DNA of 64,000 bases. Source: Pseudomonadota bacterium (GTDB lineage Bacteria; Pseudomonadota; Gammaproteobacteria; Burkholderiales; Thiobacteraceae). The position numbers and the translations under genes were made by a program. Positions 1 through 8,697 of the stretch are shown piece by piece. Position 1 is the stretch's first letter. The number at the start of each line of letters is the position of its first letter. The stretch spans positions 12,512 through 76,511 of the forward strand of contig JAKANO010000007.1 of assembly GCA_021812385.1 (NCBI GenBank), in the 5' to 3' direction. The notes below the pieces were generated by a model that saw only the letters and a list, made by a program, of their open reading frames with translations, ran no database searches and was not told where the DNA came from.

Positions 1-86
1 GTGAAGCGCAGGTCTAGCGCATGGCTTAGGCCGGGCAGGGTCAGCAGCACGCACAGGATTAGCTTGGTAAGGTAGTCGGTCAACAT
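1..86 (-). CDS. hypothetical protein, N-terminal fragment running off the window; hydrophobic signal/TM-like N-terminus
   Basis: ATG at 86..84 with GGAGA about 7 nt upstream. Reads MLTDYLTKLILCVLLTLPGLSHALDLRF and stays open to position 1. Absent from the ORF track because it is truncated. Confidence 0.3.
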   Translation of the reverse strand, partial: MLTDYLTKLILCVLLTLPGLSHALDLRF

Positions 87-114
87 GGGCGTTCTCCGCG
101 TTGTGAAGTAGACA

Positions 115-747
115 TTATGCCTTCTCTCCGGCCGCGAACAGCATCGCGCCCCAAGGTAATTTGCTCGACAGCAGCCGTTCCGCGACCTGGGCCGGCACGC
201 TGCCGCTTGGAAAAAAGACGGCGCTGGACAGGCGCAGTTTGGCGACCGGCAATCCCGCGAACATGGTGCGCACTTCATCCATCGTGTGCCAGCTTGCACC
301 CCGGTAGGCGCCTTGGCCGCGCTTGTGCCGATACAGCAGGCTGGCCCGATTCAGCCAGCCGACGACGAAACGGCGCCGCGCCACGCGCACGATCTCCGCC
401 AGCGCTTGGCGTTCCTCGGGAATGAAACACAGCGCGGCGATGGAGGCTACGCAGTCGAAGCTGTTGTCGGCGAAGGGCAGTCGGCGCGCATCGCCATCGA
501 CCCAGCGGATGTTCGGGCCCGAGTGTACGCGGGCATGGGCGAGCCACTCGGGATTCGGGTCGAGCCCGGTAGCGGTTAAACCGTCGGCCGCAAAGCGCCG
601 CGTGAACCAGCCGGTGCCGCAACCCACATCGAGCAGCGTCGTGCCGGGCCGGGCGGCGAGTTCGCGCCGCGCCAGCGCGTATTCCGTCGCGCCGATCCAG
701 GCGCCGCGCGGCGTGCGATACCAGGCGTCGTAGGCTTCAGGCGTCAT
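115..747 (-). CDS. class I SAM-dependent methyltransferase
   Basis: 210 aa ORF with SAM-binding motif I LLDVGCGTGWF and a typical Methyltransf_11-like layout. Confidence 0.8.
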   Translation of the reverse strand: MTPEAYDAWYRTPRGAWIGATEYALARRELAARPGTTLLDVGCGTGWFTRRFAADGLTATGLDPNPEWLAHARVHSGPNIRWVDGDARRLPFADNSFDCVASIAALCFIPEERQALAEIVRVARRRFVVGWLNRASLLYRHKRGQGAYRGASWHTMDEVRTMFAGLPVAKLRLSSAVFFPSGSVPAQVAERLLSSKLPWGAMLFAAGEKA

Positions 748-765
748 GGCGCGGCGCGCAGTAGC

Positions 766-910
766 GTAGCTTGGGTTAGGCGCGAATTTATGCGCCGTAA
801 CCCAACAAACCTAATCATTTTTATAAACATCGGTGTCGCCTAAGAGGGCTCTATTTATGGTGAAGATTTAGTTTGTTGGGTTACGCGATAAAGCCGCTAA
901 CCCAGCCTAC
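766..910. repeat. inverted pair of REP-like hairpin elements (GTAG-YTGGGTTA...TAACCCAACAAAC)
   Basis: 766-810 gtagcttgggttaggcgcgaatttatgcgccgtaacccaacaaac, and 871-910 is its near reverse complement gtttgttgggttacgcgataaagccgctaacccagcctac. They flank an AT-rich spacer of about 60 bp. Confidence 0.7.
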
Positions 911-927
911 ATGAGTTGCAACGCCGC

Positions 928-1272
928 CTAAAAGTTGACGACCTCGTCGGCTTCCGAGATCAGCGCGCTCAAGCCCTTCATCGAGCTTTTTTTCACGCCG
1001 GGCAGCGGATAGCCGTCCTCCCAACCCAGCCGGCGCATGGTGCCGCCGCACACTTGCACGTCCAGGCCGACATCGAGCAATTCATAGAACAGGGCGCGGC
1101 ACGGATTGCCCTCGGGCAGCTTAGGGTCGGCGAGCCGGGCGCCGTCCTCGACCAGGAACAGATAAACGTCCTTGTTGTCCGCCAGCATCGCCCCAGCCAG
1201 GCGGATTGCGGTGTAGGCCCGGCTGTCGGGCGCGTCCGGCGCGGCGTGCAAAATAATGAGTGCCTTGGTCAT
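928..1272 (-). CDS. DsrE/DsrF-like sulfur-relay family protein
   Basis: 114 aa, starts MTKALIILHAAPD. Size and pattern match the DsrE/TusD-like fold, with a conserved Cys in VCGGT. Confidence 0.65.
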   Translation of the reverse strand: MTKALIILHAAPDAPDSRAYTAIRLAGAMLADNKDVYLFLVEDGARLADPKLPEGNPCRALFYELLDVGLDVQVCGGTMRRLGWEDGYPLPGVKKSSMKGLSALISEADEVVNF

Positions 1273-1407
1273 GTTTTTCCTAGAGCCCTTTTTAGAGCCA
1301 ATATTTTTCGTAGAGCAGCTTGGCCTAATGCAAGCAGCGGCCGGCTGGTCTCTGCAAGCACGTCGCCGAGAATCAAGATTGGCTTGTGACCTGCCGGCGT
1401 CTGCGCT

Positions 1408-1644
1408 TCAACGGCCTAGATCGCGCTTTTTCTGCTCGAATTCCTCGCGCTCGATCTCGCCCCGCGCATAGCGTTCTTCCAGGATGCGCAATGCGCTTTT
1501 TTCTGTCGGCGTATCTCTGCGCGCGCCGCCCCCAAGCCATTTGACGAGTGCGGCGACACCCAGGATCAGCAGTGTCCAGAACAGCAACATGAAGATCCAG
1601 CCGAATCCCGGCATCCAACCGCCGAAGTGTCCAATCGTATTCAT
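1408..1644 (-). CDS. SHOCT-domain small membrane protein
   Basis: Internal ATG at 1644 with GGAGG RBS (aacGGAGGaaaacagg ATG). One TM helix, then C-terminal ILEERYARGEIEREEFEQKKRDL typical of SHOCT. The longer 156 aa ORF in the track has an Arg-rich, implausible N-terminus. Confidence 0.7.
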   Translation of the reverse strand: MNTIGHFGGWMPGFGWIFMLLFWTLLILGVAALVKWLGGGARRDTPTEKSALRILEERYARGEIEREEFEQKKRDLGR

Positions 1645-1682
1645 CCTGTTTTCCTCCGTTGCGATTGCGCGGCGCGGATGGT

Positions 1683-2003
1683 TTAAAAAGTCAGCAGTCG
1701 ATCCGCGTCGCGCGTGAGTTCGTACAAGTCTTGCATGGTCGATAGGGCGCACACTTCGCCCGCACCGGCATGGCGCAATTTCAGACAGGTGCCGCAGGCA
1801 TCGATGCTTCCGCCGTGCGCGACGAGTTCCTGCATGGCGGCGCTGACCGCGAAGCATTCGGTGTCCAGGCCCTCGCATTCGACGCCCTTGCCCAGCAGAA
1901 AGACGCGCACGGCATCGCCCCGGGTGAGGGCGAAGTTGCCGAGACGGAACGCGTTCCAGACGGTTTCCGGATCGTTCGAGCTGATAATGATGCCGAGCTT
2001 CAT
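1683..2003 (-). CDS. DsrE/DsrF-like family protein
   Basis: 106 aa, MKLGIIISSNDPETVWNAFRLGNFAL, with Cys pair CGTC near the C-terminal third. Confidence 0.65.
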   Translation of the reverse strand: MKLGIIISSNDPETVWNAFRLGNFALTRGDAVRVFLLGKGVECEGLDTECFAVSAAMQELVAHGGSIDACGTCLKLRHAGAGEVCALSTMQDLYELTRDADRLLTF

Positions 2004-2039
2004 TTCAATCTCCTATATCGCGTGGGTTGCGCCGCCTCA

Positions 2040-3353
2040 TTACGCCTTGGCCGGATTCAGCCTGGGATGGGTTTCCTCGCTGAACAGCTGCACGATCAGG
2101 CCGGAAACAAACATCGCGCCGGCGACGAACCAGAAGCCGGAACTTAGATTGCCGCTGACGTGCGCCACCCAGCCCAGGAGCAGCGCGCCGACGCCGTAGC
2201 CGGTGTCGCGCCAGAAGCGGTAGATGCCGATGGCCGAGCCGCGCCAGTTGGGATGCGCGATGTCGGCCACCGCCGCCGAGAGATTGGGGTAGAGCAGCGC
2301 CATGCCGAAGCCGGTCACCGCCGCAGAGGCGATCCACCACATGACTTGATCGCCCAGCAGCATCATGCCCACGCCCGCGCCGCACAGCCACATGCCCCAG
2401 ACGATGGGACGCTTGCGGCCGATGCGGTCGGATAGCTTGCCGGTGAAGAACTGCGAGCCGCCCCACACGAAGCCGTACACGCCCACCACCCAGCCGATGT
2501 GGGCGAGGCTCAGGCCGCGCTGATACAAATATACCGGATACACCACCCAGATCAGCGCGTCGACGAACTTCTCCACCAAGCCGGCTTGGCTAATGGCGGC
2601 CATGCGCTTGTCGCGCCAAGACATGAGGGTGAACACCTCCCAAGTGGTCGGCGTGTCGGAAATGTTTTTCGGGTAGCGCGGCGACGGTCCCGTGCTCTTG
2701 CCCGCCGCGTGGCGCGCGCCCTCGGCCTTGGCCCAGGGCAGTGTTTCCTTCACCCACAGCGCGGTCAAAACCAAGGCGCCGGTGATGACCACCGCGCCGA
2801 AGATGAACAGACCCATGCGCGGGCCGAATGCAGTGGCCAGGTAGCCGGTGATGATGCCGGCGATGGCCACGCCGACATAGCCGGCGAATTCGTTGAGGCC
2901 GATGGTCAGGCCGCGCTGATCGGCGCGCGTGAGGTCGAGCTTGGAGGTCTGCGTCATCGACCAAGTGAAGCCCTGGTTCATGCCTAGCAGCACGGTGGCG
3001 GCGACGATCCAGTTCCAGCTCGGCGCATACAGAATCATGAAGGGAATCGGGATCGCCGAAGCCCAGCCCAGCAGCAGCACGGTCTTGCGCCCCATGCGCT
3101 CGGATAGACGCCCGGCGACGAAATTGAGCGCGCCCTTGACGAAGCCAAAGGCGACCACGAAAGCCATCAGCAAACCGTACGAACCCTTGGGTACGCCGAA
3201 TTCGCTTTCGGCCAGCGCCGGAATCACGGTGCGCATCATGCCCAGCGTCAGCCCGACCAGGAACACCTGGAACAGCTGGTGCAGGAACTGGTTCAGGTTG
3301 TCGCGGATGCCGTGCAGATATTGCTGTTCGGCGTGGGTGAGAGAGGCGCTCAT
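2040..3353 (-). CDS. MFS transporter
   Basis: 437 aa polytopic protein. MFS loop motifs GRLSERMGRK and GKLSDRIGRK occur in the two halves. Confidence 0.85.
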   Translation of the reverse strand: MSASLTHAEQQYLHGIRDNLNQFLHQLFQVFLVGLTLGMMRTVIPALAESEFGVPKGSYGLLMAFVVAFGFVKGALNFVAGRLSERMGRKTVLLLGWASAIPIPFMILYAPSWNWIVAATVLLGMNQGFTWSMTQTSKLDLTRADQRGLTIGLNEFAGYVGVAIAGIITGYLATAFGPRMGLFIFGAVVITGALVLTALWVKETLPWAKAEGARHAAGKSTGPSPRYPKNISDTPTTWEVFTLMSWRDKRMAAISQAGLVEKFVDALIWVVYPVYLYQRGLSLAHIGWVVGVYGFVWGGSQFFTGKLSDRIGRKRPIVWGMWLCGAGVGMMLLGDQVMWWIASAAVTGFGMALLYPNLSAAVADIAHPNWRGSAIGIYRFWRDTGYGVGALLLGWVAHVSGNLSSGFWFVAGAMFVSGLIVQLFSEETHPRLNPAKA

Positions 3354-3380
3354 GGGGGGGTTCCCGTTAACAAAAAGCGT

Positions 3381-3460
3381 TAACCACGGAGTACACGGAG
3401 TTTTTAGAGAACGGTTTCCTCCGTGTCCTCCGTGTACTCCGTGTCCTCCGTGGTGAAAGG
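3381..3460. repeat. tandem-unit long hairpin element, CACGGAG type (E1)
   Basis: Left arm ccacggagtacacggag (3384-3400). Right arm cctccgtgtcctccgtgtactccgtgtcctccgtgg (3418-3453). Ends in ...ccgtggtgaaagg, the TTTCACC terminus in reverse orientation. Confidence 0.75.
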
Positions 3461-3468
3461 TTTTTACT

Positions 3469-4203
3469 TCAGGCCGCGATATTCGCCGCCACCATCTTGT
3501 TCATCTCGGCCGGGCGCGGCGGGATTTCGCTGGTGAGATAGCGCACGAACTCGTCCTTGTTGTTGATGTGCAGGCCGGTGTTGAAGCGCTTCTCGAAACC
3601 GATGGTGGAAGACGGCTTGCCGGAAATGCCCGCGCCGCACACGCTGCCCGCCTGATGGCCGGGGAAGATTTCGGTTTCGTCCGACAGGGTCAAGAGCTTG
3701 GCGTGCAGGCTGTCGAACAGCATGCCGGCCATGGCCTGCTCGCGTCCGGCCAGATCGGGGCGGCCGATGCTGCCGACGAACAGCGTGTCGCCGGTGATGA
3801 CGAACCACGGCTGTTCGCTGCGGCGCTTGTCGGCCACCGCCAGGCAGATGCTATCCAGGGTGTGGCCCGGCGTGTGCAGCACCTTGATGGCCACGTTGCC
3901 GGCCTCGATCACATCGTTGTCGCGCAGCGCATGGAAGGGAAACTTCACCAAGTCCTGATCGCTTTCGTGCAGGCAATAATCCGCGCCGGCCAGCTTGGCC
4001 AGCGCGCGCCCGCCGGAATAATGGTCGGCATGCACATGGGTGTCGATCACATGGGATATCTTGACGTTGGCTTTCGCCGCTTCTTCGAGGAACCATTCCT
4101 CGTCGCCTGCCACCACATCCACCGCGACCGCCTTGCCCAACGAGCCGCAGCCGAAGAAATAGGATAATGAGGACTCTTTTGTTGCCAGTTGCTTGAAAAA
4201 CAT
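3469..4203 (-). CDS. MBL-fold metallo-hydrolase (persulfide dioxygenase/Blh-like)
   Basis: HxHxDH motif THVHADH. Second ATG (4203) chosen because GGAGG sits 6 nt upstream (ATGGAGGCAACCATG). The ORF-track start is 4215. Confidence 0.8.
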   Translation of the reverse strand: MFFKQLATKESSLSYFFGCGSLGKAVAVDVVAGDEEWFLEEAAKANVKISHVIDTHVHADHYSGGRALAKLAGADYCLHESDQDLVKFPFHALRDNDVIEAGNVAIKVLHTPGHTLDSICLAVADKRRSEQPWFVITGDTLFVGSIGRPDLAGREQAMAGMLFDSLHAKLLTLSDETEIFPGHQAGSVCGAGISGKPSSTIGFEKRFNTGLHINNKDEFVRYLTSEIPPRPAEMNKMVAANIAA

Positions 4204-4360
4204 GGTTGCCTCCATGGCGTTTCAGGTTTGGGAAATGCTGTCCTTAAATCAAGTAATCAAATGAATGCTTGAATAATGGGCCGGAATTTTTCCGTTGTCA
4301 AGAAAAAATCGCGGCGTGGGGCGAGCGCCGGCAGGTGCAGCGTCCAGGGCGCAACGCCTG

Positions 4361-5029
4361 CTATGTCCCCTTCTTGACCGGTAGGCGCGCCGCCTGCCAT
4401 TCCGGGTAGCCTTCTTCCAGGCGGCGCGCGCGATAGCCTTTCTTGCGCAGTTGTTCGACCGCTTCAATGGCGAACAGGCAATAGGGCCCGCGGCAATAGG
4501 CAACGATTTCCTGCTTCTTGGACAGTTTGGAAAGCAGGCGCGGCAGCTTGTCCACGGGCACGTTCAAAGCACCCTCGATGTGGCCGGCTTGAAACTCCGC
4601 CTCCGGGCGCACGTCGAGCACGATTGCTTCCCCTGCGCGCACCAGCTTCAGCAATTCTTCGCGCTTAACCGGCGTCATCTCGTCGCGGCTGGCGAAATTG
4701 TTGCGAATAATCCGCTCCACCTCGGCGGAGTGGCGCTCGGCCACATGACGGATGCTGGCCAGCGCTGCGGGAATCTGGTCGTCGCTCAGACGGTAGATGA
4801 CTTGCAGGCCATCCTTGCGGGAGACCACCAAGCCCGCATCACGCAGCGTTTGCAGATGGTGTGAAGTGTTCGCGGTAGACATGCCGGTGGCGAGCGCCAG
4901 CGCTTCCACGCCGCGTTCGCCCTGGGCCAGCATTTCCAGCAATTCCAAGCGACCCGGGCTGGCCATCGCCTTGGCGACCCGGGCAAAATGTTCGTACAGG
5001 CGTTTTTTGGGAGCAAGTTGAGTAGGCAT
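4361..5029 (-). CDS. ArsR-family transcriptional regulator fused to a rhodanese domain
   Basis: wHTH region LELLEMLAQGERGVEALALATGMSTANTSHHLQTLRDAGLV. C-terminal rhodanese VLDVRPEAEFQAGHIEGALNVP ... AYCRGPYC. ATG at 5029; a TTG at 5041 is an alternative start. Confidence 0.8.
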   Translation of the reverse strand: MPTQLAPKKRLYEHFARVAKAMASPGRLELLEMLAQGERGVEALALATGMSTANTSHHLQTLRDAGLVVSRKDGLQVIYRLSDDQIPAALASIRHVAERHSAEVERIIRNNFASRDEMTPVKREELLKLVRAGEAIVLDVRPEAEFQAGHIEGALNVPVDKLPRLLSKLSKKQEIVAYCRGPYCLFAIEAVEQLRKKGYRARRLEEGYPEWQAARLPVKKGT

Positions 5030-5268
5030 GACAGTATTCAAACAAATACTTTAATAGTTTGCAACTCAAATGATTTCTACGGGGCGAGTGGGTGCGCGCA
5101 GCGCGGGCAATAACGCTATCGCATGTCGTCAATCCTCGGACAAAAGCACGCCTGTAGTGTGTCCGCGATCGAGCGAAAGCGCAAATTCCCCGGCTCCGGT
5201 AAGATTGACGGCGAAGGCAGCAGTGCCGCCATGCTGTATAAGCCGTTTGGATCGAAAATTAGTCGCCC

Positions 5269-8200
5269 ATGAACCGCACGGAAAGCCAACCCGCCCAAAC
5301 GCCCCAGCGCGCCGCCCAGCGTGTCGTCCAGCGTGTCGTAAAGATACGCCGCGACTACAACACCTGGGTCGCCAACGAGACGCTGGAAGACTACGCCCTG
5401 CGCTTCACGCCGCGCAGCTATCGCCGCTGGTCCGAATTGCGCGTGGCGAATACCGCGTTCGGCGCGGCGTCGTTTTTGGTGTTGGAAGCGGTCGGCGCGA
5501 CCTTGCTGGTGAATTATGGTTTTACCAATGCGGCGCTGGCGATCCTGTGCACCGGGCTGATCATTTTTTTGGCGGGACTGCCGATCAGCGTTTATGCCGC
5601 GCGCTATGGGGTCGACATGGATTTGCTCACGCGGGGCGCGGGTTTCGGATATATGGGTTCGACGCTTACTTCGCTGATCTACGCTTCCTTTACCTTTATC
5701 TTCTTCGCGCTCGAAGCGGCCATCATGGCGTATGCCTTGGAGTTGGCGTTTGGCTTGCCGCCGCTGTGGGGCTATATGGTTTGTACCTTGGTCGTCATTC
5801 CGCTGGTCACGCATGGGGTGAGTGTGATCAGCCGCGTGCAGACCTTAACCCAGCCGATCTGGTTGGTGTTGTTGGTGCTGCCCTTTGTGTTTTTAGCCGT
5901 GAAGGCGCCGCAATTTTTTAGCGAGGTGTTGCACTACGGCGGCAGCCAAGGCCATGGCGAGCGCTTCGATTTCGCGTTATTCGGGAGTGCGATGGCGGTC
6001 GGCTTGGCGCTGATTACGCAAATGGGCGAGCAAGTCGATTACCTGCGTTTCATGCCGGAGTGCAAACCGGAAAATCGCCACCGTTGGTGGGCCAGCGTTT
6101 TAATCGGCGGTCCGGGGTGGGTGATTCCGGGTGTGGTGAAAATGCTGGGCGGCGCCTTGTTGGCCTATGTCGCGATTCGCCACGCCATTCCGGCAGCGCG
6201 CGCCGTCGATCCCAATCAAATGTATCTGGTGGCCTATCAGTACGTCTTTCCGGGCCTCGGCTGGGCGGTGGCCGCAACGGCGATCTTTGTGATTATTTCG
6301 CAACTAAAAATCAACGTCACCAATGCCTATGCCGGCTCTTTGGCCTGGTCCAACTTTTTTTCGCGGCTCACCCACAGCCACCCCGGGCGCGTGGTGTGGG
6401 TGGTGTTCAATACCTTGATCGCCTTGATGCTGATGGAGATGGAATTATTCCAAGCACTGGGGCGCGTGCTGGCGCTGTATTCCAATGTCGCCGTGGCGTG
6501 GATGATGGCGGTGGTGGCCGATTTGGTGATCAATAAGCCGATGGGCTGGTCGCCGCCGGGCATCGAATTCCGTCGCGCTTATTTGTACGACGTGAATCCG
6601 GTGGGCGCCGGCGCGATGCTATTGGCTTCCGCGCTCTCGGTCGCGGCGTATCTGGGCGTGTTCGGCGCGGGGCTGCAACCGTATGCGATTTTTATTGCGC
6701 TGGGCGTGTCGTTCGTTACCTCACCGCTGATTGCTTGGGCCACGCGCGGGCGCTATTACATCGCACGGCAGCCCGAGCAACATGCAGCCAAAACGCTGAC
6801 TTGCACGGTGTGCGACAAAGTTTACGAGCGCGAAGACATGGCCGCCTGCCCGGCCTATCAGGGCAATATTTGCTCCTTGTGTTGCGTCTTGGATGCGCGT
6901 TGTCACGATGCATGCAAGCCGCAAGCGCGCTTGCAAGATCAATGGGTGGATATTTTGTCGCGCTTGTTCCCGCGTTCGGTGAAACCGTATTTAGATGCCG
7001 GTTTGGCGCAGTATTTATTGCTCATGCTGGGCGTCGTGTTTTTCATGGGGCTGCTCACCAGCTTGCTGTACTTTCAAGAGGTATTCAATTTAGGCAGCAA
7101 CGATCAAGCGCTGATCCAGCTTCTGCGCAGCGCTTCAATGCGTACCTTCGCCGTGCTGCTAATAGTCTCCGGCATCATTGCGTGGTGGCTGGTGCTGACG
7201 CAAAAGAGCCGGCAATTCGCGCTGGAAGAATCCAATCGCCACAATCAGCTGTTGGCGCAAGAAATCGAGTCGCATCGGCGTACCGATGAATTACTGCAAA
7301 GCGCCAAGCAAGTCGCGGAACAGGCCAATCAGGCGAAGAGCCGCTACATCACCGGCATCAGCCATGAGTTGCGCACGCCGCTGAATAGCATCCTCGGCTA
7401 TGCGCAAATTCTCGATGGCGATGCCTCGATCCCGCCCAATCGGCGCCAAGCGGTGAGCATCATTCGCCGCAGCGGCGATCATTTACTGACCTTGATCGAA
7501 GGCACGCTGGATCTGGCGCGCATCGAGGGCGGCAAGTTGAGCTTGAATATCCGGCCCTTGGATTTCGCCGCCTTCGTGCAGCAGCTCGTGCATATGTTCG
7601 AGCTGCAAGCGCGCAACAAAGGCCTGCAATTCCATTACGAAAAATCGGGCGATCTGCCGGACTGGGTGCGCGCGGATGAACGGCGGCTACAGCAGATCCT
7701 CATCAATATCATCGGCAATGCGGTCAAATTCACCGCCAGCGGCAGTGTCAGCCTCGGCATCCGCTATCAACGTGAAATGGCGATTTTCGAAATCCGCGAT
7801 ACCGGCCCCGGCATTCCGCAACACGAGCTGGAAAAAATCTTCGAGCCGTTTGCACGCGGCAGCGCGGCCCACGTCGGCGCCACCGGGGGCACCGGCTTGG
7901 GGCTGACCATCGCCAAAATGTTGACCGACGTCATGGGCGGCGAACTGGCGGTGGAAAGCACGCCGGGGCAGGGCTGCTTATTTCGCGTGCGCCTGTTCTT
8001 GCCGCATATCCGCAATGTGCTGGCGGTCCAGACTGCGCCGCAAGCGCCGCGCATCGGTTATATGGGCGTGCGCCGGCGCATCTTGATCGTGGACAACGAA
8101 AACACCGATCGCGAATTGCTGGTCAATATTCTGGAGCCGCTGGGTTTTCAACTCGCGCAAGCGGCGTCCGGCCAAGCATGTCTCGACATGCTGGCGCAAT

Positions 8201-8697
8201 TTCAACCGCACCTGATCTTCATGGACTTGGCGATGCCGGGGATGGATGGCTGGCAAACCATCGAGCGCATTCAATCGCATCAACTGAGCGCGGCCAAAAT
8301 CGCCATCATCTCGGCCAATGCGTTCGAGAAAAATGCCGACAACCAGGCCGGGATCGCGGCGGATGATTTCATCACCAAACCGGTGCGGGTGCACGAGCTG
8401 CTGGATTGGATCGGCCAGCGCCTGGGGCTGGAATGGGTGGTCGCAGCGCCGGCAGACGTTGCGCCAACGCCCGCCCCGGATGCGCTGGCCGAATTGGTCT
8501 TGCCGGCCGTGCCCTATCTGCACGCGCTGGGCGAGTTGATCGATCTGGGCTATGTGCGCGGCATCCTGAAAAAACTGGACGATATCGCGGCCATCGATGC
8601 GCGCTATGCGGAGTTTGTCGGTGTGATGCGGGCACATGCGCGACAATTCCAGTTCGACGCCATGAAGGCCGTGTTGCGCCAGGGCTTAACGCCATGA
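5269..8697 (+). CDS. hybrid sensor histidine kinase/response regulator with N-terminal NCS1 (purine-cytosine permease)-like polytopic domain and a Cys-rich linker
   Basis: 1142 aa. The N-terminal ~500 aa is multi-TM with an NCS1-like LTRGAGFGYMGSTL. Cys cluster CTVCDKVYEREDMAACPAYQGNICSLCCVLDARCHDAC. H-box ISHELRTPLNSILGY, N-box NIIGNAVKFT, G-boxes DTGPGI and GGTGLGLTI. REC domain ILIVDNENTD...FMDLAMPGMDG...TKP. Confidence 0.9.
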   Translation: MNRTESQPAQTPQRAAQRVVQRVVKIRRDYNTWVANETLEDYALRFTPRSYRRWSELRVANTAFGAASFLVLEAVGATLLVNYGFTNAALAILCTGLIIFLAGLPISVYAARYGVDMDLLTRGAGFGYMGSTLTSLIYASFTFIFFALEAAIMAYALELAFGLPPLWGYMVCTLVVIPLVTHGVSVISRVQTLTQPIWLVLLVLPFVFLAVKAPQFFSEVLHYGGSQGHGERFDFALFGSAMAVGLALITQMGEQVDYLRFMPECKPENRHRWWASVLIGGPGWVIPGVVKMLGGALLAYVAIRHAIPAARAVDPNQMYLVAYQYVFPGLGWAVAATAIFVIISQLKINVTNAYAGSLAWSNFFSRLTHSHPGRVVWVVFNTLIALMLMEMELFQALGRVLALYSNVAVAWMMAVVADLVINKPMGWSPPGIEFRRAYLYDVNPVGAGAMLLASALSVAAYLGVFGAGLQPYAIFIALGVSFVTSPLIAWATRGRYYIARQPEQHAAKTLTCTVCDKVYEREDMAACPAYQGNICSLCCVLDARCHDACKPQARLQDQWVDILSRLFPRSVKPYLDAGLAQYLLLMLGVVFFMGLLTSLLYFQEVFNLGSNDQALIQLLRSASMRTFAVLLIVSGIIAWWLVLTQKSRQFALEESNRHNQLLAQEIESHRRTDELLQSAKQVAEQANQAKSRYITGISHELRTPLNSILGYAQILDGDASIPPNRRQAVSIIRRSGDHLLTLIEGTLDLARIEGGKLSLNIRPLDFAAFVQQLVHMFELQARNKGLQFHYEKSGDLPDWVRADERRLQQILINIIGNAVKFTASGSVSLGIRYQREMAIFEIRDTGPGIPQHELEKIFEPFARGSAAHVGATGGTGLGLTIAKMLTDVMGGELAVESTPGQGCLFRVRLFLPHIRNVLAVQTAPQAPRIGYMGVRRRILIVDNENTDRELLVNILEPLGFQLAQAASGQACLDMLAQFQPHLIFMDLAMPGMDGWQTIERIQSHQLSAAKIAIISANAFEKNADNQAGIAADDFITKPVRVHELLDWIGQRLGLEWVVAAPADVAPTPAPDALAELVLPAVPYLHALGELIDLGYVRGILKKLDDIAAIDARYAEFVGVMRAHARQFQFDAMKAVLRQGLTP

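Noticed and set aside
1273-1325. Three copies of TAGAGCC/TAGAGC (cctagagccctttttagagccaatatttttcgtagagc), and recurrence of tttttagag in E1 and in the cbbR-cbbM palindrome, as a possible further member or shared core of the hairpin family.
   Set aside because: No inverted partner arm is visible nearby, and the shared string is short enough to be chance. It is noted but not called.
5070-5921. ORFs 5070..5921 (+) and 5116..5814 (-) overlapping the start of the hybrid kinase gene.
   Set aside because: Their composition is Arg/Pro-rich and implausible. The 5269..8697 frame gives a coherent permease-kinase protein with all the motifs.
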